A DNA stretch of 42,541 bases. Source: a virus. Lineage: Duplodnaviria > Caudoviricetes. The position numbers and the translations under genes were made by a program. The stretch spans positions 1-42,541 of the IMG/VR virus record IMGVR_UViG_3300048848_000078, one strand, 5' to 3'. The notes below the pieces were generated by a model. It had not been told where the DNA came from, did no database searches, and saw only the letters and a list, made by a program, of their open reading frames with translations. Below, piece by piece: positions 25,194 to 34,724 of the stretch. Position 1 is the stretch's first letter. Each line of letters begins with the position of its first letter.

Positions 25194-25577
25194 ATGGCTG
25201 CACGCACCACCCCGAAGACCGCAGAGCCGACCGAGGTTGAGTACGACTTCGACAACTGGGACCAAGACGCCGAAGACAAGGCGCTCCTCGCCCTGAACGA
25301 CGTGAAGTACATCATCGTCGAGAAGACGTTCGTCGGCCGGTTCAGCGACGGTGAGATCGTGAAGATCCCGCTTACGCTGAGCTCCAGCCTGATCGAGGAA
25401 CTTGAACAGGACTTCACCTCTCCGATGGACCAGTTCAAGCACCTCCTGCGTCTGTTCGTCGGCGACGAGTTCGCAGACACCCTCGACCAGCGGTCGATGA
25501 TCCCGGTGGCCATCCTCACCGAGAAGTTCTTCCGCTGCATCAAGCGCGCGCAGGAGCTCGCCTTCCCGGAATCCTGA
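25194..25577 (+). CDS. Tail assembly chaperone (G-like)
   Basis: Lies between major tail and tape measure genes; ends TTC CCG GAA TCC TGA. Confidence 0.85.
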   Translation: MAARTTPKTAEPTEVEYDFDNWDQDAEDKALLALNDVKYIIVEKTFVGRFSDGEIVKIPLTLSSSLIEELEQDFTSPMDQFKHLLRLFVGDEFADTLDQRSMIPVAILTEKFFRCIKRAQELAFPES

Positions 25578-25936
25578 GCGTCGCCCGGTTCATCCGAGAG
25601 CACCGCACCGCGGTAGCGCGAACCCTGCGCCAGACGCACGGCGTGGGGCTCTCGGACCTGGGTGGCGCAGTCACATGGGGTGAAGCGTTGCTGCTGATTG
25701 AGGACGCCGCTTCGGACCCCAGCACCGCGCTCGGGGCGGAGCTCGCCGGTTGGGCCTTCCCCGCCAGCATGCTCGACCTTCTCAGCCTGGCCGCCCAAAT
25801 CGGCAACGAGAAGGCAGCCCGCAAGGTCATGCCCTGGGTTCTTCAGAACCCGCGCAAGACGGAACCGTCGGCATCGGCCGATGAAGTCGCAACTGCGCAG
25901 GCAGAACTCGAGGACGGCATCGTCTTCGCCGAGTGA
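25565..25936 (+). CDS. Tail assembly chaperone extension (GT-like), reached by -1 frameshift at CCCGGAA
   Basis: The -1 frame is open from the heptamer at 25565-25571 to TGA 25936 (ILSVARFIREHRTAVARTLRQTHGVGL...DPSTALGAELAGW). Confidence 0.8.
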   Translation, partial: PGILSVARFIREHRTAVARTLRQTHGVGLSDLGGAVTWGEALLLIEDAASDPSTALGAELAGWAFPASMLDLLSLAAQIGNEKAARKVMPWVLQNPRKTEPSASADEVATAQAELEDGIVFAE

Positions 25937-25953
25937 ATCACCGGGGAGGTGCG

Positions 25954-28878
25954 ATGTCGTCCGAAGTCGGTTCCGGTCACGTCAGTCTCTTCCCGGTGAT
26001 GACCGGGTTCAAGTCCAAGGTCACCAAGGAGACTCAAGCCGCCGGCGCGGCGGGCGCGAAGACCTTCGAGGGCGGTTTCAAGGGCGTCGGCGCCAAAGCC
26101 GGGCGCACGCTCGGCGGCGATATGAAGTCCGCCCTCTCTTCCTCGGCCGGTGACCTCGGAGCCGCGGAGACCAGGAGGCTCACCAGCGAGGTCGCCACCG
26201 CTTCGGCCGCGCTATCGAAGGTCCGGCTCAAGCAGCAGGATGACGCTGGACGCGTCCGAATTGCGGAAGCCCGTCTTGCTGAAGCAGTCTCCACGAGCGG
26301 CGCTACATCTTCCCGCGCGGTTGTCGCTGAGGAGCGCCTGGCCTCGGCCCGCCGCGCCCAGGCAGCCACGTCCGACACGGCGTCATCCGCCTCCGCTCGG
26401 CTCCGTGCCGCGCAAGACGCTCTGAGGGACGCCACCGACGGCGCCGGCCGGTCTGCAACCACCGGAGGCGCCCGGTTCGCCGGGTTCCGATCGGCCGTGT
26501 CCTCGGGCATGTCCGGTGTGGTCGGTGCAGCCCGGTCCGCCGCCGGCTCGATCGGATCTGCGCTGTCGTCGGGGTTCGAGACGGCCCAGCTCGCGTCAGG
26601 AGTGGCGCTCACGGCCATTGGGCTCAAGGTTGCCTCCCTCGTCCCCGATGCATTCCGCGCATCCGATGCCGTAGACAAGTTCAAGAGCACTCTGAGCTTC
26701 GCCGGCATCGACGGCGGACAGATCGACGCGCTCACCGCGTCCACTCAGGCCTACGCCGACAAGACCGTCTACGAGCTCTCCGACATCCAGTCCGTCACCG
26801 CGCAGCTCGCGGCGAACGGCGTGAAGGACTTCGACAAGCTCGCTGAGGCCGGCGGAAACCTCAACGCCGTCGCCGGCGGCAACGCCGACACCTTCAAGTC
26901 CGTCGGCATGGTCCTCACCCAGACCGCCGGCCAGGGCAAGCTCACCACCGAGAACTGGAACCAGCTCGCAGACGCCATCCCCGGCGCGTCCGGCAAGCTG
27001 CAGGAAGCGCTACTGAAGAACGGCGCCTACACGGGCAATTTCCGTGAGGCGATGGAGAAGGGCGAGATCTCCGCGGACGCCTTCAACCAGGCGATCCTCG
27101 ACCTCGGCTTCACCGACGTGGCCCAGGAAGCGGCGACCTCGACGAAGACCATCGAAGGCGCCATGGGCAGCCTCGACGCGTCCATCACCGGTGGACTCGT
27201 CAAGGTTATTGAACCGCTGAAGCCCCTTATCACGGGGACGCTGTCGGCGGCCGCTGGGGCGTTCACCGGGTTCTTCGACCGGGTCGCGCTTGGTGTCACG
27301 GGCATCGTGGCATTCCTCGGTAAGGGCGACTTCACGTCGGCCCTCCGCGAGACGTTCGGCGTGACCGAGGACTCTCCGATCGTCGACTTCCTGTTCACGG
27401 CACGTGACGCCGTGATGGGGTTCACGTCGTCGCTCCCGAACCTGCTCGCGCTGCTCGGCCCCCTGATCGGCGTGCTCGGCGCCGGGGGCCTCGCTGGGGT
27501 GCTCACGAAGCTGGGCCCGCTCGCGACGCTCCTGCCCGGCCTCGGTGGGGCGCTCAGCATCCTGGGCGGGCCTCTCGGCATCGTCGCAGCCGGGTTCGCT
27601 GGCCTGGCGCTGTCTGGCGGCGACCTCAGCGGCCTGGTGACGTCTGTGACCGGCATCGTGACGCAGGTCGCGTCGGCTCTTCCCGGGCTCGTGCAGACGG
27701 TGGCCACCATCGTGCCGCAGATCGTCTCGACGATCCTCGGCCAGGTGCCGGCGCTCCTCACTGCCGCGGTCGGCATCGTGACCGCACTCGTGCAGGGTCT
27801 CGTCACCGCGATTCCAGCCCTCGCGACCGGGGCAGTGTCGCTCGTCACCGGTCTGGTGACGGCGATCGTTGCGGCGCTGCCGCTGATCATCCAGGGTGCG
27901 ATTCAGCTCGTGACCGCCCTGATTCAGGGCATCGTCACCGCGATCCCGCTGCTGATCACCGCGGCACTGCAGCTCGTCACCGGGCTACTGACCGCCATCA
28001 TCGGTGCACTGCCGATGATCATCCAGGGTGGCATCCAGCTGCTCATGGCGCTGGTCTCAGGCATCATCGGGGCCCTGCCGCAGCTGCTCGCCGCCGCCCT
28101 CGGGCTCGTCATGGGTCTGCTGACGGCGATCATCGACAACCTGCCGATGATCATCGACGCGGGCATCCAGCTGCTGCTGTCGCTCGTCACCGGCCTCGTC
28201 GACGCGCTGCCCGAGCTGATCACCGCAGCGATCAACCTCGTGCTGCAACTGGTGATCGGCCTGATCACGATGCTGCCGAAGCTGGTCGAGGCCGGCATCA
28301 AGCTCGTCGTGTCGCTGATCACCGGCCTCGTCGGCGCGATCCCGAAGATCATCGAGATGCTCCCACAGATCATCTCCGCGATCTGGGAAGGCCTCCTCGG
28401 AGTCGACTGGCTCGACCTCGGCGTGCAGATCGTCAACGGCATCATCAGCGGCCTCGCCTCCATGGGCGGCGCACTGATCGACGCCATCGTGCAGCTCGCC
28501 GGCGGCGCGTTCCAGGGATTCAAGGACTTCTTCGGCATCAAGTCGCCGTCCCGGCTGATGCGCTCCACCGCGAAGTACGTGGTGCAGGGCGCCGCGCTCG
28601 GCGTCGACGACGAAGCGCCCGCGTTCGCGGACTCCCTGGTCGACATGGCCAAGACCGCATCCGGGCGGGCGCAGGCGGCGATGAGCACGGTCTCCGCGAC
28701 CGTCGCCACCGCCGTGACCGCCCGCTCGAGCGGCGCCGACCCGGATGCGGCCGGCGGGGGAGGTTCCTCGTCCAGGTCGAGCAACCTCGAGGTGAACGTC
28801 TACCCGCAGGAGACCGACCCGGTAGTGCTCGGCACGATCCTCGGCCGTGAGGCCGCAGAGAAGTTGGCGGGTATGTGA
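25954..28878 (+). CDS. Tape measure protein (974 aa)
   Basis: MSSEVGSGHVSLFP start after GGAGG; Ala-rich helices; 22-residue Pro-periodic repeats; FFGIKSPSRLM. Confidence 0.95.
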   Translation: MSSEVGSGHVSLFPVMTGFKSKVTKETQAAGAAGAKTFEGGFKGVGAKAGRTLGGDMKSALSSSAGDLGAAETRRLTSEVATASAALSKVRLKQQDDAGRVRIAEARLAEAVSTSGATSSRAVVAEERLASARRAQAATSDTASSASARLRAAQDALRDATDGAGRSATTGGARFAGFRSAVSSGMSGVVGAARSAAGSIGSALSSGFETAQLASGVALTAIGLKVASLVPDAFRASDAVDKFKSTLSFAGIDGGQIDALTASTQAYADKTVYELSDIQSVTAQLAANGVKDFDKLAEAGGNLNAVAGGNADTFKSVGMVLTQTAGQGKLTTENWNQLADAIPGASGKLQEALLKNGAYTGNFREAMEKGEISADAFNQAILDLGFTDVAQEAATSTKTIEGAMGSLDASITGGLVKVIEPLKPLITGTLSAAAGAFTGFFDRVALGVTGIVAFLGKGDFTSALRETFGVTEDSPIVDFLFTARDAVMGFTSSLPNLLALLGPLIGVLGAGGLAGVLTKLGPLATLLPGLGGALSILGGPLGIVAAGFAGLALSGGDLSGLVTSVTGIVTQVASALPGLVQTVATIVPQIVSTILGQVPALLTAAVGIVTALVQGLVTAIPALATGAVSLVTGLVTAIVAALPLIIQGAIQLVTALIQGIVTAIPLLITAALQLVTGLLTAIIGALPMIIQGGIQLLMALVSGIIGALPQLLAAALGLVMGLLTAIIDNLPMIIDAGIQLLLSLVTGLVDALPELITAAINLVLQLVIGLITMLPKLVEAGIKLVVSLITGLVGAIPKIIEMLPQIISAIWEGLLGVDWLDLGVQIVNGIISGLASMGGALIDAIVQLAGGAFQGFKDFFGIKSPSRLMRSTAKYVVQGAALGVDDEAPAFADSLVDMAKTASGRAQAAMSTVSATVATAVTARSSGADPDAAGGGGSSSRSSNLEVNVYPQETDPVVLGTILGREAAEKLAGM

Positions 28879-29711
28879 TGCGCATCGAACTCGACGAGCT
28901 CATGCTCCACGGTGAGCCCGGGCCCTCCTTCAACGGGCTCGGGTTCACCTCCCTCGACGGCTGGGACGACGTCACCGACTCGAAGGCGTCGATCGAGGAA
29001 CGCTCGCAGGGGCACGGTGCGTTCGGGCTCGGCCCGGCGTACCGGGCGGCGCGGGTGATGGCGCTGACCGCGTTCGTCGCGGCCGAGGACTCCCGGCAGG
29101 CGCAGCGCCGTCGCGAGGAGCTCGCCGCCGTGTACGCCCGCGACACCCTGCTGATGCGGGTCACGGACGACTTCTCGTCATCGTGGCGGCGCGTGCAGGT
29201 CGCCCGCGCGAAGCTGCCGAGGGTGTCGTCGCGGAAGTTCGCCTACAGCCTCGACATCGTCGCTGTGGACCCGTTCCGCTACGGCGACGCCGACCAGGTC
29301 ACCACCGGTCTTCCCACGCCGGGTACGGGGCACACGTGGCCGATGGTGTGGCCCATCAGCTGGGGCACCCCAGGCAACCCCGGCCGGCTGACGCTGACGA
29401 ACCCGGGCACGGCCGTCGCCTGGCCGATCTTCCAGATCCAGGGCGGCGTGCAGGACGGGTTCGAGCTCGAGGAGGTCGGGACCGGGCGGGTCATCCGATT
29501 CGACCAGACCGTCCTCGTCGGTTCCACCGTCGAGCTGAACCCGCGCGTCGGCACCGTGTTCGTTGACGGGGTGTCCCGGTCGACGTTCCTCACCCGCCGC
29601 GACTGGTTCTCGATCCCACCTGGCGGCACCACGCAGGTGCAGTTCCGTGCCCTCGGCGAACCGTTCGGTGACCCGCTTCTGGTCGGCCTCGTGTCGCCCA
29701 CCTACGTCTAG
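28878..29711 (+). CDS. Distal tail (Dit-like) minor tail protein
   Basis: LDGWDD...GHGAF...AVDPFRYG...WPMVWPISWG...NPGTAVAWP...WFSIPPG. Confidence 0.85.
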   Translation: MRIELDELMLHGEPGPSFNGLGFTSLDGWDDVTDSKASIEERSQGHGAFGLGPAYRAARVMALTAFVAAEDSRQAQRRREELAAVYARDTLLMRVTDDFSSSWRRVQVARAKLPRVSSRKFAYSLDIVAVDPFRYGDADQVTTGLPTPGTGHTWPMVWPISWGTPGNPGRLTLTNPGTAVAWPIFQIQGGVQDGFELEEVGTGRVIRFDQTVLVGSTVELNPRVGTVFVDGVSRSTFLTRRDWFSIPPGGTTQVQFRALGEPFGDPLLVGLVSPTYV

Positions 29712-29719
29712 GAGGACGC

Positions 29720-30631
29720 ATGACGCTCCGCAAATCGTGGACCGTGGGGGCCACCAACCCCGCGAACGGTGCCACCGCGCAGGACGCCCGACTCGCTCAC
29801 GCCGGCCTATTCGAGGTCGCCGCGTCGGGAGTGGTCCGGGCGGGTGTGCTCGGCAACCAGTCGGGGATCGTGGCGTCCCGCTCAGACATGGCCCTCGACG
29901 TGAACGCGTTCGAAGCGGTCCTCACCCGCGGGGCGTCGTACGGGGTCACCCCGATCGCGAACGACGGCATCGTGTCGATCGTGCTGCCGGCGGCCCCGTC
30001 ATCGAACAGCCGGTGGGTGCGCGTCTACGTCATCCAGCGCGACAACATCGACGGCGCCGACGCGAACAACAACATCGAGCTGGGCTACGTCGCCGGCGCG
30101 GCCGCCGCATCCCCAACGCTGCCCGCGCTCCCGACCGGGGCGCTCGCCCTGGCCCGGGTGCTGCAGCCCGCGAACGTGCTCGGCACCGCCGACTGCACCG
30201 TCACCGAGGACTACCCGATGACGGCCGCCCGAGGCGGCGTCGTGCCCGTCCGAGACCAGGCCGAGATGACCGCCTGGACGCCCGAAGACGGCGGCATGGT
30301 GTTCCGCATCGACCAAGACTTCTTCTGGGAGCGCGTGAACGGGGCCTGGACGAAGCGCTCCCGCTCGTTTACCTGGGGAACGATCTTCGCTGGCAACGCC
30401 AACGTTGATGGCCTCGTCACGGTCAACCACGGCCTGGGCGTCGTGCCCGACTGGGTGCAAGCCACCACGGTGAACACCGCCAACGACGCGTTGGACAAGA
30501 TCGCGTCTGCCACGCTCCGCGATGACGTCTACACGGCGACTCAAGTGCGGTTCCGGATGCGCCGCTCGGACACCAACAACTGGTTCCCGAACGACTTCTT
30601 CCGCGTGTCCGTGACCGTCGGAAAGAACTAG
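29720..30631 (+). CDS. Minor tail protein
   Basis: LPAAPSSNSR...PALPTGALALARV...MTAARGGVVPVR; C-terminal VNHGLGVVP. Confidence 0.82.
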   Translation: MTLRKSWTVGATNPANGATAQDARLAHAGLFEVAASGVVRAGVLGNQSGIVASRSDMALDVNAFEAVLTRGASYGVTPIANDGIVSIVLPAAPSSNSRWVRVYVIQRDNIDGADANNNIELGYVAGAAAASPTLPALPTGALALARVLQPANVLGTADCTVTEDYPMTAARGGVVPVRDQAEMTAWTPEDGGMVFRIDQDFFWERVNGAWTKRSRSFTWGTIFAGNANVDGLVTVNHGLGVVPDWVQATTVNTANDALDKIASATLRDDVYTATQVRFRMRRSDTNNWFPNDFFRVSVTVGKN

Positions 30632-30642
30632 GAGGGCGGGCC

Positions 30643-30873
30643 ATGGAAGCCACCGAGGTCACCACCGGGACCAACGGCGCCGGTGTCTTCGCGTTCCCGC
30701 ACGGGCACGAAGGCCGACCGACCACGATCATCCCTGACATGCGCGACGAGCACGTCGCGATGGAGTTCACCGGCTTCGACGAGACCCTCGTCCGCGGTGT
30801 GCTCCGCAGCCGCGAGACCGGCGAACCGATCCCCGACGCAGCCTTCACCGCCCGCTTCCTGGTGGTGACCTGA
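30643..30873 (+). CDS. Small tail-associated protein
   Basis: GGAGG RBS; TNGAGVFAFPHGHEGRP resembles the C-terminal domain of the previous gene. Confidence 0.7.
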   Translation: MEATEVTTGTNGAGVFAFPHGHEGRPTTIIPDMRDEHVAMEFTGFDETLVRGVLRSRETGEPIPDAAFTARFLVVT

Positions 30874-31748
30874 TGGGCGCCATTCCCTGGGCGCCGCAGC
30901 TGCAGAACGGCGACGTCGCGGCGAAGACGCTGATGGTCGACTTCGACGGGCTCGGCCACTACCTCCAGCCCGCGGCCGCCGCATCACTGCGCGCGTTCGC
31001 CGACGAGTTCGAGTCTGTCTTCGGCGTCGCGTTCACAATCAGCGAGGCCTTCCGCGACCTCCCGACGCAGTACTTCTTCTACGACCTCTACATCGACGGC
31101 GACGGCAACATGGCCGCCGTCCCCGGCACGAGCTCGCACGGGCAGGGCCTGGCCGTCGACATCAACTCGTGGGTGTACGGCAACGGCGACACCGACCGGC
31201 ACCGCTGGCTCGTCGCCAACGCGCCCCGCTTCGGCTGGTCGTGGGAGCTCGTCGGCAAGCCCTCCGGTGAGCGGTGGCACTTCAACTACGTCGGCTCGTG
31301 GACAGCGGCCGTCTTCACCCCGGACAAGACCCCCTACGAACTCGAACTGGAGTACCTCGTGACCGTTGCAGACGACATCGTCGCCGACATCAAGGGCGAC
31401 CTGAAGGCCACCCTCGCCGCCATGGAAACCCGCATCGTCGACAACGTGAACACGCACATCGCGATGTTCGCCGCGCAGACGATCGACAAGCTCGACGGCA
31501 CCACCCTTCGCTCCGATCCCGAGCAGGTCTACACGACCACGAAGGGCGCTCAGGTGCGCGGCACCGGCGCGATCCTGTTCATCCCCGAGGTCGGCGGCAA
31601 GGGGATCTCGTTCCCCGACCCGGGCCTGTTCTACCTCTACGCCAACCGGGGGATGATCGACCCCGACGTGCAGAACGTCCCGATCAACGAGTACAACGCC
31701 TACGCGCGCGCCAACGGCCTCACCGAAGACCCCGGCACCCCGGCCTAA
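30873..31748 (+). CDS. Endolysin with M15-family peptidase domain
   Basis: EAFRDLPTQ...AAVPGTSSHGQGLAVDI...WL..NAPRFGW...ERWHFNY. Confidence 0.92.
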   Translation: MGAIPWAPQLQNGDVAAKTLMVDFDGLGHYLQPAAAASLRAFADEFESVFGVAFTISEAFRDLPTQYFFYDLYIDGDGNMAAVPGTSSHGQGLAVDINSWVYGNGDTDRHRWLVANAPRFGWSWELVGKPSGERWHFNYVGSWTAAVFTPDKTPYELELEYLVTVADDIVADIKGDLKATLAAMETRIVDNVNTHIAMFAAQTIDKLDGTTLRSDPEQVYTTTKGAQVRGTGAILFIPEVGGKGISFPDPGLFYLYANRGMIDPDVQNVPINEYNAYARANGLTEDPGTPA

Positions 31749-31776
31749 CCCTCTCTCGACCCTGAGAGGGGGCACC

Positions 31777-32232
31777 GTGCGCCGACTCTTCGCCGCATCA
31801 ATCTGGGCTCGGGGATCTATCCCGCCCGACGAGTGGAAGTACCGCAACCTGAAACGGGTGTGGCTTCCGCTGTACGACATCATCGCGATCTGGGCCGGCC
31901 TCCAGGCGATGCTCTACGGGTCCACGATCCTCAATCGTCTGTTCCGCCCCGACGTCGTCGACGCCTTCGGGATCGTGATGGTTCTCGTCGCGACGGTGTG
32001 TCTCGCGGGGGTCGCTTTCCCAAGGCTGTGGCCGGTGGAGATGGTCGGGAAGTCTCTGCTGGTGGCGCTCGTCGCCGGCTATGTCACCACGATTCTGTTG
32101 TTCTCTGAGTCGGCCACCCCGAACCTGTTCGTGATCGGGATGCTGACCTGGGGGCTCCCGCTGTCGTTCTTCAGACTCAACCTCCTCGGTGAGGAACTGA
32201 AGGAGCGTCGCGCCGAACGGGAGGCCCCGTGA
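31777..32232 (+). CDS. Lysis-cassette membrane protein (about 4 TM helices)
   Basis: Four hydrophobic segments, directly after the endolysin. Confidence 0.75.
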   Translation: MRRLFAASIWARGSIPPDEWKYRNLKRVWLPLYDIIAIWAGLQAMLYGSTILNRLFRPDVVDAFGIVMVLVATVCLAGVAFPRLWPVEMVGKSLLVALVAGYVTTILLFSESATPNLFVIGMLTWGLPLSFFRLNLLGEELKERRAEREAP

Positions 32233-32555
32233 ACGAGATCCTCATCGTCCTCGTCCCCGCCGCGGCCCTCGTCCTCGGAGGCCTCATCACGTACATCGGG
32301 ACGCGAGGGAAGACCAAGACCGACGCGAAGACCGCCCTCGACGCCCGCATCGATGGGCGTGTGAAGGCCGAGCTCGAGCGGGTGTACGCCCGCTTGGACG
32401 AGTTCGAGAACCGTGACGTGCGCCGTACCACCGCGTTCGCCCGAATCCTCCGCGCGATCGCCGCGCAGTGGACGGGCGACAGTCGCGGCCCGAACCTCGA
32501 CCCCGCGGACATCGCGGAGATCGAAGACACCATCCCACCGCAGTGGATTCACTGA
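32229..32555 (+). CDS. Lysis-cassette single-TM coiled-coil protein
   Basis: N-terminal TM helix followed by a helical domain; GTGA overlap. Confidence 0.72.
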   Translation: MNEILIVLVPAAALVLGGLITYIGTRGKTKTDAKTALDARIDGRVKAELERVYARLDEFENRDVRRTTAFARILRAIAAQWTGDSRGPNLDPADIAEIEDTIPPQWIH

Positions 32556-32578
32556 CCCCCTCACCGAAGGAGCTCACC

Positions 32579-32887
32579 ATGACTCACATCGACCCCGCCA
32601 GCGTCCCCGACATCTGGTTCAAGACGCAGCGCGTCCTGCGCACCATCGTGCAGGCGCTCGTCGTCCTCATCCCGCTCGTCAACGGCGTCGCTGCGGTCAT
32701 GTTCGCGTACCTCAATGAGCAGACCGACGTCGTCGTGCCCGGGTGGGCGTTCGTGATCCTCAACGCCGTCATCGCCGCGACCGCGGTGATCATGGGCCTC
32801 ATCGCCCGCATCATGGCCGTCCCCGGCGTAAACCTGTGGCTGACGAAGCTCGGGCTCGGCAGCGTCCCCAAGTCCGTAGCGGAGTAG
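32579..32887 (+). CDS. Holin-like protein (2 TM helices)
   Basis: QRVLRTIVQAL...IARIMAVPGVNLWLTKLGLGSVP; AAGGAG RBS. Confidence 0.8.
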   Translation: MTHIDPASVPDIWFKTQRVLRTIVQALVVLIPLVNGVAAVMFAYLNEQTDVVVPGWAFVILNAVIAATAVIMGLIARIMAVPGVNLWLTKLGLGSVPKSVAE

Positions 32888-32890
32888 CCC

Positions 32891-34045
32891 GTGTCGACGC
32901 AGGTCATCATCGGGGATCTGCGCACCGGCCGGAACCTCGTCTACCTCCCCGCATCCGGTGTCGCCGACCTCACCTGGGACGTCTCCCGGAACCAGGCCGA
33001 CAACGCCTCGGCGACGTTCAACCTCGCGGACGACGACACCCGGAAGCTCGGCATCCCCGCCGCAGCGACCCCGGGTGCGTCGTTCCTCGTGGTCGTCGTC
33101 GACGGCGTCCCGGTCGCCGGCGGGCCGGTGTGGATCTGGAACTACACCAAGGACGCCCGCACGCTGAAGGTCATCGCGAAGGGCATGTGGTCCTACTTCG
33201 ATCACCGCGTCCTCATACCGCTCGTGGCCCAGTACATGCCCGTCATCGACCCGGTGTCGGGCGAACCGTACGGGGTCATGAACACGAACCTCGTGGGGTG
33301 GTCGTACGGCACGATAGCGAAGCGGCTCGTCGCGCAGGCGATCGCCTTCACCGGCGGGTTCGTGCCCGTCGTGCTCCCCGTCGACGAGGCGGGCCCGTAC
33401 GAGCGCTCGTACCTCGGCACCGACCTCGCCATGGTCGGGGAGCGGCTGCAGCAGCTCACCGAGGTAATCAACGGCCCTGACATCGCCTTCACCCCGAGGT
33501 TCACGACCGACGGACGCGGCATGGAATGGGTGATGGCCACCGGCACGCTCGAGCAGCCGAACATCGCGGGCCCCACCGAGCACTTCTGGGACTACTCGGT
33601 TCCCGAGCCGTCCATCGCGGGCCTCGAGGCCACCCTCGACGCCACCAACCTCGCGTCCCGCTACTGGCTCTCGGGCGGCGCATCCGACGACCGCACCTAC
33701 ATCGAGAAGGCCGACGACCTGTCGCTGCTCAACGCGGGCTTCCCGCTGCTCGAAGCATCCGGCTCCTCCGACGCCGAGACGCCCGAGCTGCTGCAGTCGA
33801 AGTCCCGCGAGCAGGTCCGCATCAACAAGACTCCGAAGTCGACGTGGTCGTTCCGGGTGCGGGCCGACGGCGACCCGCGCGCGGTCGACGTGAACGTGGG
33901 CGACTACTGCCGGCTGATCATCGCGAACGACGACGTCATTCCCGACTCGGGCCCGACCGGGTACCGGCGCAGGATCGCGGCCAAGTCCGGCGACCTGTCC
34001 GAATGGGTGAAGGTCACCGTGCTCGATACCTACGGGGAGGGCTGA
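32891..34045 (+). CDS. Minor tail protein (baseplate hub, Gp37-like)
   Basis: IIGDLRTG...VAGGPVW...WSYFDHR...LQQLTEVINGPDIAFTPR...GFPLLE. Confidence 0.82.
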   Translation: MSTQVIIGDLRTGRNLVYLPASGVADLTWDVSRNQADNASATFNLADDDTRKLGIPAAATPGASFLVVVVDGVPVAGGPVWIWNYTKDARTLKVIAKGMWSYFDHRVLIPLVAQYMPVIDPVSGEPYGVMNTNLVGWSYGTIAKRLVAQAIAFTGGFVPVVLPVDEAGPYERSYLGTDLAMVGERLQQLTEVINGPDIAFTPRFTTDGRGMEWVMATGTLEQPNIAGPTEHFWDYSVPEPSIAGLEATLDATNLASRYWLSGGASDDRTYIEKADDLSLLNAGFPLLEASGSSDAETPELLQSKSREQVRINKTPKSTWSFRVRADGDPRAVDVNVGDYCRLIIANDDVIPDSGPTGYRRRIAAKSGDLSEWVKVTVLDTYGEG

Positions 34046-34707
34046 TGGCTGAACCAGGCACCGTGCCGTACGACCAGGTCATCGCACGCCGTCTCCAGGC
34101 GATCGAACTCCGCCTGGCCGCGCTCGGCCGCCCGACGGGGTCGCAGAACAACCGCAACAAAGACAAGGTCCAGGAGGCGCTCGACAAGCTCGCCGAGCAG
34201 GTCGACACCATCGAGGGCGTCGTCGACGACCTGCAGATGGTGTCCGACTATCAGGCGTCGCTGCGCACCTACACCGGCTACAACTCGGGGTCGCTCACGC
34301 AGCTCGTCGTCGGCACCACCACGTTCACCGACCGGGCCCCGTCGGTGGCGTTCACGCTGCCCGAGAAGATGATCGTCCTCGCCACCCTCCGCACCACAGC
34401 GTTCCTGTCCGTGTCAGGCCCCACGACGTCGACCCTCACCGCGACGGCCACCGCCCGGATGCGAGTCGAGGGGAACCTCGCCGCGACCATCGGGCGGATG
34501 TCGCAGTCGCAGACCGTCGACGGGTCCGGCGGGAACCACGGCTTCAACATGGGCGGCAACCCCACCGCCCAGCAGACGATGATCCTCGACGCCGGCGACC
34601 ACGTCATCGACTGCGAGTACCTCATCAACGTGCCCGGCGGCGCGTCCGTGAACTGCTCCATCTCCGACCGTTCCCTGGTCATCCAGATCCTCGGCCGCGC
34701 CGACTAA
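34045..34707 (+). CDS. Minor tail protein
   Basis: N-terminal coiled coil (RRLQAIELRL) and beta-rich C-terminus; TGATG overlap. Confidence 0.75.
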   Translation: MAEPGTVPYDQVIARRLQAIELRLAALGRPTGSQNNRNKDKVQEALDKLAEQVDTIEGVVDDLQMVSDYQASLRTYTGYNSGSLTQLVVGTTTFTDRAPSVAFTLPEKMIVLATLRTTAFLSVSGPTTSTLTATATARMRVEGNLAATIGRMSQSQTVDGSGGNHGFNMGGNPTAQQTMILDAGDHVIDCEYLINVPGGASVNCSISDRSLVIQILGRAD

Positions 34708-34724
34708 CCCCGACAGGAGACCCC

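Noticed and set aside
27600-28450. Periodic repeats suggesting an array or diversity-generating element
   Set aside because: They are the 22-residue amphipathic repeats of the tape measure protein; no reverse transcriptase is visible in the window.
32561-33583. Long antisense or alternate-frame ORFs (also 13449-14450, 21612-22823, 38123-39859)
   Set aside because: Shadow ORFs typical of high-GC DNA, overlapping well-supported genes and lacking motifs.
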